DNA of 64,000 nucleotides from Gnetum montanum (Eukaryota; Plantae; Gnetophyta). Location of the stretch: contig MNCI01002813.1 in the NCBI GenBank assembly GCA_015680685.1, positions 1,198,048 to 1,262,047 on the forward strand, written 5' to 3'. Both the position numbers and the translations under genes were made by a program. Of this stretch, positions 23,559-37,734 are shown one piece after another. How positions within the stretch are numbered: position 1 is the first letter of the stretch; every line of letters starts with the position of its first letter. A model generated the notes under the pieces. It searched no databases and was not told where the DNA came from. It worked only from the letters and a program-made list of their open reading frames with translations.

Positions 23559-26157
23559 ATGGCTCACAAGAAGATAGGAACTTCAGGCTACCACAACACA
23601 AATCCAAGGGCACTAAAGGAGCATTAACAAGAAAATCTAGTTTAGATAAGCCTTAATTTCAATATATAGATGCTAAAAATAGGTTTGAAAATAATTCTTT
23701 AGTATCCATTAATTTGAATGAAATTTAAACTTTCATCAACATTATCAACAGGATTTAGTATTATATTTTGAGATTGTAGGATGGGTAATGATTATCTCTA
23801 TGACTGTTTGTATTCTAGAAGTGCTAGTTCATGAATTTTTCTGCAACATTGTTGTTACCAATTCTTCTATTGAGGTTTTCACTTCTATGGTTGGGGTAGT
23901 TATTATCTAAATATCTTCTCAAATTATCTATCTTTTGCTTGGGATTTCTAGTGTTAATGTTCATAGAGTTGTAGTTCACACTATGGATATTTTCACAAAT
24001 GATATCATCCTTGTTACATATGATGAATTCTGTGATGCAATCTTTGGTAGCTCAATCTCTCTCTAAGATGGTAAAGTGTATTGACATTAGATGTCTTAGG
24101 ATGCTTCCACCCCTTCTCTTATTATGATGTATAACATCATTGTCAAAGAAGGAAGTTACAATTATTTACTTCTATCATAGGCATTTTTGATATATTTCTT
24201 GCTAACAAGACAACCATTATATTTGGGGCATACTATTTATATGGATATGTTGGGCATGTATACCTGATAACGCATCTATGGATACCCTCTTCTCATCAAA
24301 CTAATTATACACCAGGCATATGTTCTCATTTTAATTCTTTCCATTTTAAAATGGAAAAGGAGTCTTACTAAGTACTCTGAGAAGAGGAGTACCACTTGTT
24401 AGATTCTATAGACCCTTTATTCTCATAAGCACATAGAGATTAGGCACTAGAGAGATCTTCATCACCATAAGCACTAGCTAAGCTTAGATGGTCCAAATTA
24501 CTAAGTACTCCAATAGGGTCTTCCTTGAAGAAGGCCTTATGTTCCATTTCCAAAACCATGGGAAAGATTGGGAGAATTATCTCTTACCTTCATAAGAGAA
24601 TGGATTTAGCAGGTCTTCCATATCCTCTAAGTGATCTTTAATTTAAGGAGATTAAGATTCCTCATTGGATGCAAACTGAAGAAGAGCCAAACCCTGTTAG
24701 ACACTCTATAGTAGTAGGGCCATTGTGAGCCTATGACTCAGGAAATACATTAGATTTAGAAGTGTTGACCTTTTTTCTATGTCAAAACATTAGAGAAAAT
24801 GAAAAATGTAGAAATGTGTTTATGCTTATAGTCTTGCAGGGCCAAGAAGAAGAAAATTGTGCTAAAAAGGGAAGCTGAGCTAGAATGAGAGCTATGTCAA
24901 GATGTCATTATGAGAGTTGAGAAGAAACAATGAGAGCCAGAATTCAAATAAAGTCAACAAACCAGATAAAGACTTTCCAAGGAGTGTTGAGTTGCCAAAA
25001 TGACAAAGGAATGGTCTAGAAATTAAAGTGTTCTTGTAAGGTAGATGTCTAAGTAATCAAGGCTATTTGTAGATAAATGTCTCATCTTCAAAGTAGATGT
25101 CCAAACTAGCCATTTAATATCTATCACATGAATTTCGAGGAGTTTTCTAAAACTCAAAGTGTATAAGATGAAGTGGAATTCTTGGAAAATGTGCAAGTAC
25201 TATTTATTCAAAGATCAATCCTTAGTTACTCAAAAAGAATTTGTCTTTGTTCTTCATTGAGTTATCATTTGTATGTATTGTATGTAGTAAGCTTCAGTTG
25301 CAAGGACTTTGTAAATCAAGTTACACTCTTTGTTTGATCTTTTTCTTTCTTTATAGCCTTGCGAGGTTGAGGTGCTTCTTACAAAAGGCATCTTCATTGG
25401 GCTTGTTAGGACCTTGCGAGGTTGAGTGATTTTGCAATGACAAATCACTCTGGTGTCTAGCTCACATTTGTAAAGATTGTGGGATCCTTTAAACCACATT
25501 TTGAGCTTGTTGGGACCTTTTGGGGTTTAGTTGTTTCATAGTGATGAATCTAGAACAAAACTTAAATCTTGTAAAGGTTTTTGTGCTCGTTAAAGCACAT
25601 TTTTGAAGCAACAAAGTTTCAAGGTATGCATGAATTATACCCTCTAAGTGTGGACTATGCAAGTTGGGAAACCACATAATAATTGTATTTGATTTTAATT
25701 GGAAAACCTATTCAACCACCATTCTAAGTTCTCGATCCACAAGAAGAATTAGTAGGAGCATCAACATATGCCCAAGGAGAGCCCATCCCTCACATTGAGT
25801 AGCCAGCACTAGAGACATTTGTGTAGGGGGAGTCTTCCATGAGACTTTCCAAATGACTTCACAGTCTTTTTAGTAGGCCATGGATAGCATTTTTGGTGTA
25901 GTAGCACAGTGAGAACAAGCTATTCCCAAAAGTTATAAGCGTAGAGCTACTCCATCATCCTCCAGGAAAGCTTTGTCCCATGATAGTCCTCCTCATCCAC
26001 CCACTTTCGGGTAAAGCTTTGTCCTAGATGAGCACCAGTTACAATGATGATAATGCTGACATTCAAAAAATCTCTCACACTAGTACTAACAATGATTATG
26101 ATGAGCAAGAGACCTATAGTCCTACCCATGATGCATCTAATTCAAATGATCACTAAG
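23559..26157 (+). pseudogene. SIRE-A env-like/extra ORF, split by a solo LTR
   Basis: MAHKKIG start; LVHEFFCN motif of plant retrotransposon extra ORFs; homologous to 55953-57595. Confidence 0.65.
24763..25741 (+). mobile_element. SIRE solo LTR
   Basis: TGTTGACC...GATCCACA flanked by a perfect 5-bp TSD AGAAG. Confidence 0.93.
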
Positions 26158-26650
26158 GTTAATGGTTAATGGAATAGTGGTGATCTCCTTTAGGGTGTTA
26201 TCCAAAAAGGATGAGAGGTTTTATGCTTGATCATAATGTTTGATGTCTCATAACTTCAGTATCTATATTTTTTAGTGTTCAACACTTGTATTTTGTGGAG
26301 ACCACATAACTATTATTACATGGTTGTGATTATATGATGTTAATGGTTTTATGGATATTTTTAATTTTCATGATTTAGCATCTATTATGAGGATGTAAAT
26401 CATATGTGGTATATGTTATAGATAAATATTTGGACAGACATTTGATGTAACTTAGTTTTGTTAGCTCTAGAAATCATTGATGATGGATGTGTAACTATTA
26501 ACTTCTAACCCAACATTCTTTCCCATCATTACTTCCATATGAAATATACTATTTAATCTAATCATGACTAATTACATACTAAAAATTATATATGCCCGTT
26601 TTGTGCTAATCCATTATTCAAGTTTTGAACATCACCAAAAAGGAGGAGAT

Positions 26651-27654
26651 TGTTGACCTTTTAGAGTGCCAAAACCTTGAGAAATGGAGAATTTGTTAGT
26701 GTGTCTTAAAGACCTTGCAAGTCCAAGGAAACTAAATGTAGCATATAAAGAATATTGAGATACAAGAAAGAGTGAATAAAATAGAATGCTAAAGTCCAAT
26801 GAGAAGATGCAAAGGCTTCAAGGAAATTATAAGAATATGAGACATTCCAAATTCCAAAAAGGATGTCTTGGAGATAGACAAGATGTCTCACACTAATACT
26901 AGATGTCTTTATTGAGAAAATCTAGTCTCAAGTAAGATGTCTACTCAAAACAAGAGACATATCAAGGGAAGACAATATGTCTTCTATAAGACATCTCATG
27001 CAAGAAATCTTGTCTCAAGTTAAGATATATGTCCCAAGATGTCCCAGGTCTAGACAAGTTGTCTCACCTACAAGTAGATAAACACAATAGGACATCTCAA
27101 GCTTGTATAAGGTGTCTTGACTAGCCATTTCTAGCCATTGTACAAATTCTAATAGGTAAATGAAGAAGAGAAAGGCCATAAAAGTAAGACATCCTCATTG
27201 GAAAAGATGCAATACTATTCATGTAATCAAGTAGTCATTGTACACATCTCTAAAGAATTTTTTACTTCATTTATTTATTATTTGTTGTGTTTTTGAGCCA
27301 AAAGTAAGGAATTAGAAGCTTAGTTCATTTTCTTCCTTGATCTTTCTATCTCCTACTATAAGCCTTAAGGTTTTGGATGTGCTTCTTGGAAAAAGACATC
27401 TTTTGAGCTTGTTGGGGCCCTAAGTGGTTGGGTGTGTTTTTGAGTGAAAGTACCCTTAGTAGAGCTCAAGACTTTGTAAAGGTTGTGGTGTCCTTGAAAC
27501 CACAATTTGAACAAATAAGTTTGGAGGTGTGGAAGGATTCTACCCTCCAAGTGTGGATGTACCCAAGTTGGGAAACCACGTATATCTATTATGAAATAAT
27601 TGGATCTTACTAGTTTAAACTTAATCAACCCCCCTTCTAAGTTCTCAATCATTA
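26651..27654 (+). repeat. 3' LTR of SIRE-A
   Basis: Follows the PPT; same termini as the other SIRE LTRs. Confidence 0.85.
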
Positions 27655-28936
27655 GAGTATTCACTCTTATTTCTACTCCTTGAATTCGGTTCAATGAACT
27701 ACATTAGTTATAAGTTTTCATTCCTTATAGCAAAAAATGGATTAGCCATGGTTTTACAAAGAATTTCATTATATTTATCTCCATGGTATTTACATGTAAT
27801 AATAACAAATCTCATAGTCAAACCTTAATATGGATGGTAGATAGTACAAAACAAAATCTAATTTGGAGTGAAAATATTTCTAGTGTTTGTAGACAGTACT
27901 CATTGAAATTTAGCTTGGACTAAATTCGATCATAGTATGAGGAATGCTTGAACATTGATTACTATATTTACATGATAGATATAAGGTATGATTAAATGAT
28001 TACTTGTGATGCTTTATGTATATTCAAAAACTATCATGGGTATAAGTCATGTGCCTAGTGATAAGGCTCTTAATTCAAAAGCTCCAAGCCATGGTATCAA
28101 TCTAATGGACAATGCTAAGTTATATAAATATAGTTAGACTATATATCTTGGGGAATACCAATATTACAATTATTATTATTTATTCTTTCATTTCAAAAGG
28201 TATTATGGAAGCCATGTGTAATCTATAAACAAAATTAATCTTTGTTGAATAAGTCACTAGTATTATCATTTATTCCTGCATTTCAAAAGATGTGGTAGAA
28301 GGCTTGATTCAAATAAATTGATCTTTTATTTTGAGCCACTAAGATTACTATAAACAAAATCTTTGAGAAGTACCATGTTAAATTTGATTCTTGCATTTAT
28401 ACTTTATCATCTTACATGATAGATATTCTACATGTTTGGTTCGTATAACTTCTATGCATTTTTTTTATGCCACTAAAAAATGTACATAATGTAGTTATTC
28501 CTATTTTGAGACTAATGTAATCTCTTGAATGAGTTATTCCAATTAACAGTTTAGTAGTCTAGTGAATTCTTGGGTTAGAATGGTTTAAACTTAATGCAAC
28601 AACATAACTATTTGGGGATTATGTTATAAAAGAAGAGATAAATGAATGGAATGACTGCTAATGATTCATTGAGTAAAATAGTGAAATTTTTAGTTTTATG
28701 CTACCACATAACTAGTTTACTTCAATTATTTCTACATAAACATTGGTTTTTAATCTATGTTTGCATTTGGCTATGTTAAAAAAAAATATTTTTCCTCATA
28801 TAGTTAATTATTATATCTCAAATGATGTAAGTGATTTTGTGGTTTGCTAAATGTGTATCATTAATTTACAATGATCATGCATATTTATTATTGGTCTTAT
28901 CATAATTACAATAATCTATGCACTCTATAGTAAAGG

Positions 28937-29600
28937 AAAGATAATTTATTTATGACATATATCAAATTAGCTACAATATTGTCAATAAAGTTTAAATTTA
29001 TTTATAATGTTTTGAAAAGTACCCTATGACTCTATATGATAGATTGAATGTACAATATGTGAGTTTGCAATATTCTTTCCAAATGAAATGACATAATTAT
29101 ATAGAAAAGGCCATTAAAATCAACATGTTGGTACCTCTACCAATGCTTTCTTAAAAGCTAAAATATAATATGAAGTAAGAATATATGTTTTTATCATCTT
29201 TAATGGCTTTGAAATATGTGTTGTGTGGTTCTTTTCCTACATGGAATTCCAATCTTAGCTTATGTGAAGATGTAAAGATGATATATGCGTCATACATTGA
29301 AGCAAAGATAATTTACTTATGATCTATACCAAATTAGATAGAATGTTGGAAGTAACTTTAAATTGAGGGAAATGTTGTGAAAAGTACCCTATTGATCTAT
29401 ATGATAAATTCAACATACGATATATAAGTTTGCAATATTCTTTTCCAAGAAAATAACATAATTACATAGAAAAAAGCTATTATATATCAAAATTGGTAGA
29501 TGATTAGTAGCTCTACTATTTTTGAAGCTTAAATACAAGATGGGCTAAAGAGACATGTCTGTATATGTTGTGCAATTCTTTCTTTACAAGAAATTACACT
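28937..29600 (+). repeat. Diverged ~367-bp tandem duplication
   Basis: AAAGATAATTTA...GAAAAGTACCCTAT...GTTTGCAATATTC at 28937 and 29304. Confidence 0.75.
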
Positions 29601-31797
29601 ATGCTAGATTGAATTTCAAATTTTAATGACATAGTTCATGTTAAATACCTTATATTAAGATGTAAATCTCCTTCACTTGGTTTAGATTAAATTTTATTTT
29701 ACAGTTCCAACCTATTTATGTCATTACAAAGATTTTCTACCATTTTCTCTTTAATGAAATTGAAATTGAAACTAAAATTTTATGATTTACTTATTCTAAA
29801 ATTTAAAGCTATCAACATATTTTTCTTTCCCACAATTTTTATCTTATGCTTTCTATGGTCACAATAAGAACTTTATAACTTATCATTTGCTAAAAAAAAT
29901 AGAACTTTTAGGTTGCTTAGTAATGTTCACTAAATTAAATCCAAAATTTATAGCATCCAAATCAAGAGTCTTACCACTATGCCAACACTTCACTATTAAA
30001 TGTAAATAATGAAGCCTATAACATAGAAAATAATCTTCGAATGTTAGATTAAAATTTATAGCATTTCTTACATTAAAGATGTGTTTGAAAAAGAAACTAC
30101 AATATTATAGAAACATGAAATTATAATATATTTAAAGTTTATAATGAATTCTCTTTTTTTCTTATAATTTTTCATAGCTTTATTAAAATATGGATACATC
30201 AATATATTCTTATAATTTTCCAAGGTGAATTTTGGTGTGGGATTTAATTCTATCATTAATGAAGTAGCCCTTGTTCTTTGTTTTTTTCAATTTTTAACTG
30301 TAGGATAAGCATTGAACCTTTGGGTAATGAATTCAACCATTCTGATCAATCCTTTTACTATAATATAGTTTCATTTATTTATTCATATGTATGTTCATAT
30401 ATAAGTGCATGCACATGATTTGGGTATTGGATAGGACAAAAATTTTAAAGGGTAAAGTTTTAGAGAGTTGCTTAGACTCCCTTTTGGGGCAAAGACAAGT
30501 GCCCAAAAATTTATATAACAAGATTACACAAGTCATCTTTCAAAAATTTCTTTTATGACATGATTAAAAATGGACTTGGACTAGTTTAGCTATATATTCA
30601 TCATAGATATCTATTATTTAGTTGAAAGAAATTTTCTCTTTTTGAAATTAATGAAATTTTAAAAACTAATTTTCATGTTTGCAAAAAAATTAAAATGAGT
30701 ATTAAATAATTCTTACTGTGAAAATTGTTTAAACTTAAATTTTATATTATAGTATTATGATGACAATTGTTCATTTCTTGATAATGTTCAACCAACTAGT
30801 AGTTGGACTCTTAGCCCAAACAAGTAATATAAATAAATGTTTCTTTTGTAGATTTGATGTTTATTTTTTATATCTAATTTTTCTCAAATAGATTTGATTT
30901 CTTTCTATTTAATTTTTTCTATAGTGAATTTGATCTCTCTTGCGGAGAATTCTATATTACTTTCAAATTCTTCAACTAATGTATTAAGCAAAAATTTCTC
31001 TTGATTTTCAAAATGCATATTTACAAGTTGGTGAACAAACATTAATGAGCTGCTATTTATACTATCATTTTTTGCTTGTAAAGCTAGATGCATTCTCCTA
31101 TGTGGCATCTTCTTTTAGTAATGATGATGCAACTAAGACACCTAGTTTTGTTCTTTCTAATAATGTATACAATTTACTAGTAGCTGATCTTACATCACAA
31201 TATGCATTAATTCAAATTTTGGGTTATCTACCTTGTAATCAAATTTTTAATTGGTAGTTAAATGATGTGATGCAAAAACATGAAATTCAATTCATTTAGG
31301 AAAGGTATTATTCTTAATTTTTTATGCTTGTTGAGATAGGTCACACTTCAATGGTATAATGTGTTCTACATATAGTATCTTTTATGCATAAGCATAAAAT
31401 GCTGTTTATTTGTAAGTGAATATGGATCAGTTAATTCAAAGAAGAGGGAGAGGGGGGAGAGGGGTCAGGGAATGGGGAGAGGAGATGGAATGTGATAGGG
31501 GATGAATGTTTTATAATAAAAACAAACTATTTAAATAAAAATGCTAAAAATAAATGCATAAAGGAATGAACTCACCAATGTGTGTATGGTAATGCTCACT
31601 TCTTTAAATTCTAGTTGAATTAAGGTTATAACTAAGGCTACCATTGTGGTGGATTCTCAAATGCTATACATTCCTAATAGTGTGAAAAATCTTGGTATCT
31701 TATAAGACTCTTAAGGACCTCACATGGTTAAGAAAAAATTATGATGCTCTGGAAGGACATCCTCATATACCCCTCTAGGTATAAATAAAATAATTAA

Positions 31798-32710
31798 TGA
31801 AGCATTAACACAACCATGTAAACACAGTTGCTTCAACATAGCTTCCTCGATGCAACTACCTTGACACAACTGCCTTGATGCAATTGCTTTGACATAGTGA
31901 CTTTGAGGCAACCACTTTAATGTAATTGCTTCGAAGCCAAACTCTTTTATTAATAAATACATGTGCTCCTACCATGTATTGGCATTCTTTTATTAATAAA
32001 GTAGCCAAACTCTTGTAGTTTTATTTCATAGTCTTAGAAAATAATCAGTTAGTGCCTATAGTGTGGATCTAAATCAGTTGTATGATGTCTTATTCAAGTG
32101 GCAATGTACCTAGACACATTTCATGAACTACAATAAGATCAAGATAGATTCTTATTCATTATAGCACTTTCTCTAAGATTAGATTTACTTCTAATGCAAT
32201 TTATATTCTATATACTTAGTTAGTATTTAAGTTTCCATGCATATTAATGAATTGGAAAAATGAGCGTGACCAATTTCAAGCATAAAGACGTATTCACTCG
32301 GTAATCCCAGCAACATTATTACTTGGTTCACCTAGTAGCATAGTTCTTGGTAATTCTAGTAGTGGATAGGTGGGTTCAGGACCTATACAATAAGCTTGAA
32401 ATGGACACATATTGCTTGTAGGCTAGTTTAGACTTTTTACTTTCCATTGTTAATTAATTTAAATAATTGATTTCTTTATTATCATTAGGAGTAGCATAAG
32501 GCTAAAACAACATCAAGAATCATATGCCTCACTTTGGACTAAACCATATGTGACAAAGCTACCACTATTCCAAGTGGGAAGACAATGAACTGCAATCAAG
32601 GCATAATGATCTAGATGCCACAACTAGTCTCATCAATGGAATTCGACCAAATCATGCATGAATGCTTATGATTCGTATGGCTGGGAATAGGGGGTATCCA
32701 CTGCTCATCA
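31798..32710 (+). repeat. 5' LTR
   Basis: TGAAGC...GCTCATCA; 15-bp tandem repeats at 31823-31937. Confidence 0.85.
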
Positions 32711-32711
32711 T

Positions 32712-32730
32712 TGGCATCATTGCTAGGGAT
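32712..32730 (+). other. Primer binding site, tRNA-Asp (decayed)
   Basis: TGGCATCATTGCTAGGGAT differs from TGGCGCCGTTGCCGGGGAT only by C>T/G>A changes. Confidence 0.8.
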
Positions 32731-33432
32731 GATGCTAGTTATCTCGATTAGTTGTATCATAAATTATCATTGTTAAGGTGTTAACAATTTATCTTTTAGT
32801 AAATATTAATATTTTATTTTAAGACACACATTAAAAACATTTCTTCTTCACATAGGACCAATAATGCATTGTATGATGACAACATTCATTAGAGAACTAA
32901 TAGGATCTATATTAAAGAAAGTTGGAGTAAACAACCTCATGTAGGGGTTTCATATTCTCATTTCCACCTTGACTACACTCAAGCACTACATTCACCTAAG
33001 GTAGACAATTCTAGAGGAGATGTAGTAGGTCCTAGAATAAGGAGGGCCTCAAGGCCTAAGTCCTCTAAATTTAGAAATGATACACCAAGGGAACATTGGG
33101 AGAACTATAGAAGCCATGAAAATTCTCCCAATTTCTCATCTTCCTCTTACTCTTCAATGTCTAGTTTTGATGAAGATGAAGGTAGATATAGAGATAGAGC
33201 TCTACTATGAGGTCAAGGTAAAGATAGAAATCAAAGCCAAGGGCAAAATCAAAGATATTAAAATGAGCATAGACAAGATCATCACAATCAGATGAATAGA
33301 AATATAGATTATCACCATAATGTGTTTGGTACAATTGAACCCTTGTTGGCTAGTAGGGGCTTGACATAGATTAGGAAGGTATTTCAAATGCCCCAAAGGC
33401 ATCAAAGGGACAACCACATCAAATAGCTTGAT

Positions 33433-34500
33433 ATGGATAACATTCCTAAATTTAGGGGAGGTTATAATTTTGATCCACAACATCACTTACAAGCCTTCCA
33501 TGATGCCTACACTTTGCAAAGTACTAAACATAAGTGGAAAAAGCTTAAGCTCTTTCCAAGGATACTAGTAAATGAAGTTGAAAGTTGGTATAGATCATTG
33601 GAACCAGATTCAATCCATTGATTATGCACAATGCTAGAACTTTTCAATTAAAAATACCAAACCTATGCTAGAGTGTCCAACCTAAGAAAATAAATCCAAG
33701 GATGGAAGCAAGAAAATCATGAACCCTTGGATGTGGCCTTGGATAGATACTATTCACTACTACATAGATGTCCCAACCATGATTTCTCTCCAAAAGGGCA
33801 ACGCTTTCACATCATAGATGAGCTTCATAATGAAATGAGAGATACCCTTGGGATTTATGTCCAAGGTTGATTATATGAATTAAAAGCCCATCAGATACAA
33901 AGGCTAATCAAGAAATTAGTGAAAGAAGAAAGAGAGCTATATAAATGAGAGAATGTAGAGGAATATAACTAGAACCCAACTTTGCAAAAGAAGAGGGTCC
34001 ATATTTATGATGAGGAAAAAGAGGTAGCTCTAAATGAAGTGATTTCACAACAAACCTTGCCAATACAAAAGTCTATCAATGAGCTTAAAGCAAGGTCAGA
34101 GAAGATGTGGGAGTTGATGAATGACAAAGTAACAACCTATGTGAAAAACCATAGACTATAGAGTAATTCAAAATGATTCAAGTGATCAAAACAAAAGGAG
34201 GAAAAGGAACCAATCAATAGCTAGAAATACTTATTGGTAAAAAGGAAAAGTAGTTGTAGAAGAAGAGGCTATAGACTCAACCACAAAAGAAAATTATGGA
34301 TGTGACATTTGCCTATATGATCATCCAAAGGGCTATTGCCCAATTATGTTACATGTACATGAGTATATGGCTTCTACTTTGAATCCCAAGTTTGCACAAA
34401 GACAAATGCCTAGGAAATTACCTTGGGACTATCCTAGTGGGAATTTTTTCCTACAACCAATCATACTATCCTAGTGGGACTTCTTATCAAGCTCAACACT
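33433..34500 (+). pseudogene. gag: gag remnant
   Basis: IPKFRGGYNFDPQHHLQAFHDA...KLKLFPRILVNEVESWY; GCDICLYDHPKGYCP. Confidence 0.82.
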
Positions 34501-37500
34501 ATCATCAACTACAATGGAGAAATCCACAATCATGGGGGAGGCCAACATCAAACTAGCACTACCCTTATTGCTAGTTGGACCTGTACGGATATTACGTTTA
34601 ACAACTTGTTTCCCCACTAATTCTACTTCCTCAACCTCAAATCACTACTACCACTTTCCTAATTATCATCAAACTACAACATCTTTTGAAGGAACACCAC
34701 CTCATGCCTCTTATCCTTTACCATATCTTCAATATTCTCATACTTCCCTCCACCATATGTCACTGTCAACAACATGGAAGGTTTAGCATCACAACATTAA
34801 CAAAAAATGCCACTTGTGCTATGAACATACATGGAAATGATAATGCTAGTAGATCTTAACCACAACCTCAAAAATGTCCTTTCTTTAGGATGATTTCCTC
34901 ACATGGGTGCAAAACTTGTAGACCTATTGGCACATCAGAACTAGCACAAGGCCAATCTAGTGCAACAACCTTCTTTGCTGAAACGATGTCTCCTAATCAT
35001 ATGTAAAAGCCAACAACCATTACCATTCCAACAAAAGACATAAACAATAAACCTATAATTGTGGAGAGATAGAAAAATCCATGCATCACTAATAGTAAAG
35101 GGTGCAATTGTCAGCCAAAAATTCAAAATATTAGCACAACCCACAAGAAAGTTCAAGAGCAAGTGTGTGAGAAAAAAACCAATCTACCTAGTAGCCACTA
35201 AACTAGAAGATATCCAGTGGCTTGAAAATGAGAATATAAAATTGTTTCAACAATGCATGGAAGCACTAATCCTCTTATTAGTTCTAAACTTAAGACAATG
35301 GGCCAAAAAAAGAACTTGGATGCATATATCATACACCAAAAAAGGATATTAAACAAGGAGACCAAAGAATTAAAATAGAAAATCAAGAAGAAGAAGTAAA
35401 CACATTTGGACCCCCCAAAACAGAAATACCTTCAAGTCCAGATGAAGATACGTCTTTGGATGATCCCAACAAGACTATCACCAATGTTAGATATGCTACC
35501 ACACAATTAATTAAATCAGTAATGGTGATAGATAGAAAATTGGTGGTGTATACTCAAGGGATTGTGTAGTCCATCTTCCAAATGTGTAGTCATAAGATTA
35601 GTCATGGAGAAGATGCTCTGTCCTACTTCAAGAACTAATAAGTGTTTTCACCTTCTTCTTTTTTACAATTTTTTATCATTTTTTTATTTCTTCCATTTTT
35701 TTTAATTCTTCATATGTTTTTCATTTCTTAATATTTTTCTTTCTTTTTTATATTTTTCTCTTTTCTTGAGTCATTCTCTTTATGTTTTATGAATGATTTT
35801 ATATTTTTGTTAATAATATTTCCAATTCATGATGTAGAGGTCAACACTATGAGTTGGGTTTTTGTTCTATGCTATAAAGATGATTGGGTAAGTAATTGTG
35901 TAAAGCAGTGAGACCACCTCATCCATCCCTCTAGTTCTCTAAGGTATTTTTCATGGAAATAATTTAGTTCTTCTTTCATGAAACTAAAATTAATAAATGA
36001 TCATTATATCTTGAAGAAAAAGGAAATGACCAAGTGGGAATGGCAAAGGATGTGACTTCAAAGGAAATTGGTGTGTTTCCTTCTTGTCTTCCTTTGTGTG
36101 GTTTATCACTCCTCTTATAACGTATCATTATTCATCCATCGACCAATAAAAACAAAGCTATGTCTTTGCATGGTGTGGTTCCCATTTCAAAAAAAATATT
36201 TAAAGTTCAAAAAAATAAAAAAAAAAGGAAAACAAAAAAAAACACAAAAAAGAAGAAGAAAAAAGCGAAAAAAATCCAATTATGGGAGTTCAAAGCACAC
36301 CAACACAATAATGGGCTACAAGCACTAGTTATCAGGCTGGAAAGACATGTTACCCATGCCTAAAGGATCCTCTCTAACTAACGCCCTTCCTTCCTTTTTC
36401 TCTTTTTTTCTCTTTTTCTATAGTGAAGGAACACATCAATGTGAGGTCATTGTTCATGGTATGGACTTGGTTTGAACTTAGATGGATAGATATGTTGATC
36501 ACTTTAATCACATTTGACATAAGAACCTATTGTGGACATGGTAAAGTAGCTTACATCTGCAATCCCTTCTCATCCCATTATTCACCTCATTGCTACATGT
36601 GATTATGAGTCCAATGGTTTTGTATAGTATAGTGCGAAATCCCAACCAAGGTAGTTGTGTGTTGTTTGAAATAAAGGTATGGCCTACATTTAATTTCTAA
36701 GGTACCCACAGACATCTATAGAAGTGGTTATGAAAGGGCATTATGGTAGGAGCCTGCATTGAAGAGGACCCACTTGCATAACTTTTGTTAATCATGGCTC
36801 ACATATTCCAGAACATTAGTGATAGTTTCTCTAAATTTATGCATGATTTGGGAACTACTTCTCATCTGTTTAATTAATTTTTTCTACTTTTCTATTTCCA
36901 TATCCATTAATATTGCTTGGTCATATTTTGAATTAGACCTTTGGTTTCAATTATTCAAAAACTTGTGTGCTTTTTGAGTTACGCTTGTTAGTCATGAGGG
37001 CTAGGAATGTCTACTTTGAAATTTTTCTAACATCCTATTTTTCAATGTTATGGTAACTAGTAGTAATTGATCAAAATAATGTAAACAACTTGGTGATTTT
37101 ATTTACCTCATAGCCTTGGGCATAGTATGCTATCATCACCTTATGCATAAACCCAAACTAAAGGATTTGAAAAGGGTTAATTATTAAGGAAAATTTACCA
37201 AAACTAATGTTGATCCTTAGGTAACTACAAGTGATGCTAAAATAAATGCCTAAGGAAGAAGGTCTTTTTCCAGGAATGAAAATGAAGCCAAGAGGGGGAC
37301 AACAGAGGATATGCCCATGGATAAATCATAGCTCATATAGGATTACAACTCAAACATCACATATTTTCTAGATTCATGGAACAATGAGAAGAAATTTTAG
37401 TTCATCCTTCAAGAATGCTTTACATAATTAGAGAAGCATCAACATAACAATCAAGGTTGGAAGTCTACCATCACTAGCAGTAACATGATGAATCATCTTC

Positions 37501-37734
37501 AGCGAATTTTTGAAGACCTCTGCAAATTTTGTAATCTTCAATGTCTATCCAGTCTTTTTGTCACTTTGTCATTTTGTATGCATCCACTCAAATAAAATTT
37601 TGTAATGTGGCACTCAAAGCTAGTTAGTAGTTAGCATCAGTCAATAATTCCATCATTCCCAATTTTTTTTAAAGAAAGCTTGGTCCTATCCTATTAACTT
37701 GAGGACAAATTTTTATTCAATCAATGGGGTAATA

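Larger units (their letters stand above)
21590..27654 (+). mobile_element. SIRE-A: Sirevirus-like Ty1/copia, pol-less (gag remnant, env-like ORF, 3' LTR)
   Basis: Copia gag (YALSK...IARCKKTKEI; knuckle ECWICDVRGHVASKC); PPT CCAAAAAGGAGGAGAT-TG; LTR end AACCCCCCTTCT; colinear with 52707-59201. Confidence 0.82.

Noticed and set aside
36068-36363. Lys-rich ORFs
   Set aside because: Translation of A-rich low-complexity tracts in a retroelement 3' region
36337-36368. Hammerhead ribozyme (GAAA...CTGAAG-like)
   Set aside because: Stems I-III cannot be formed and the CUGANGA core is not intact
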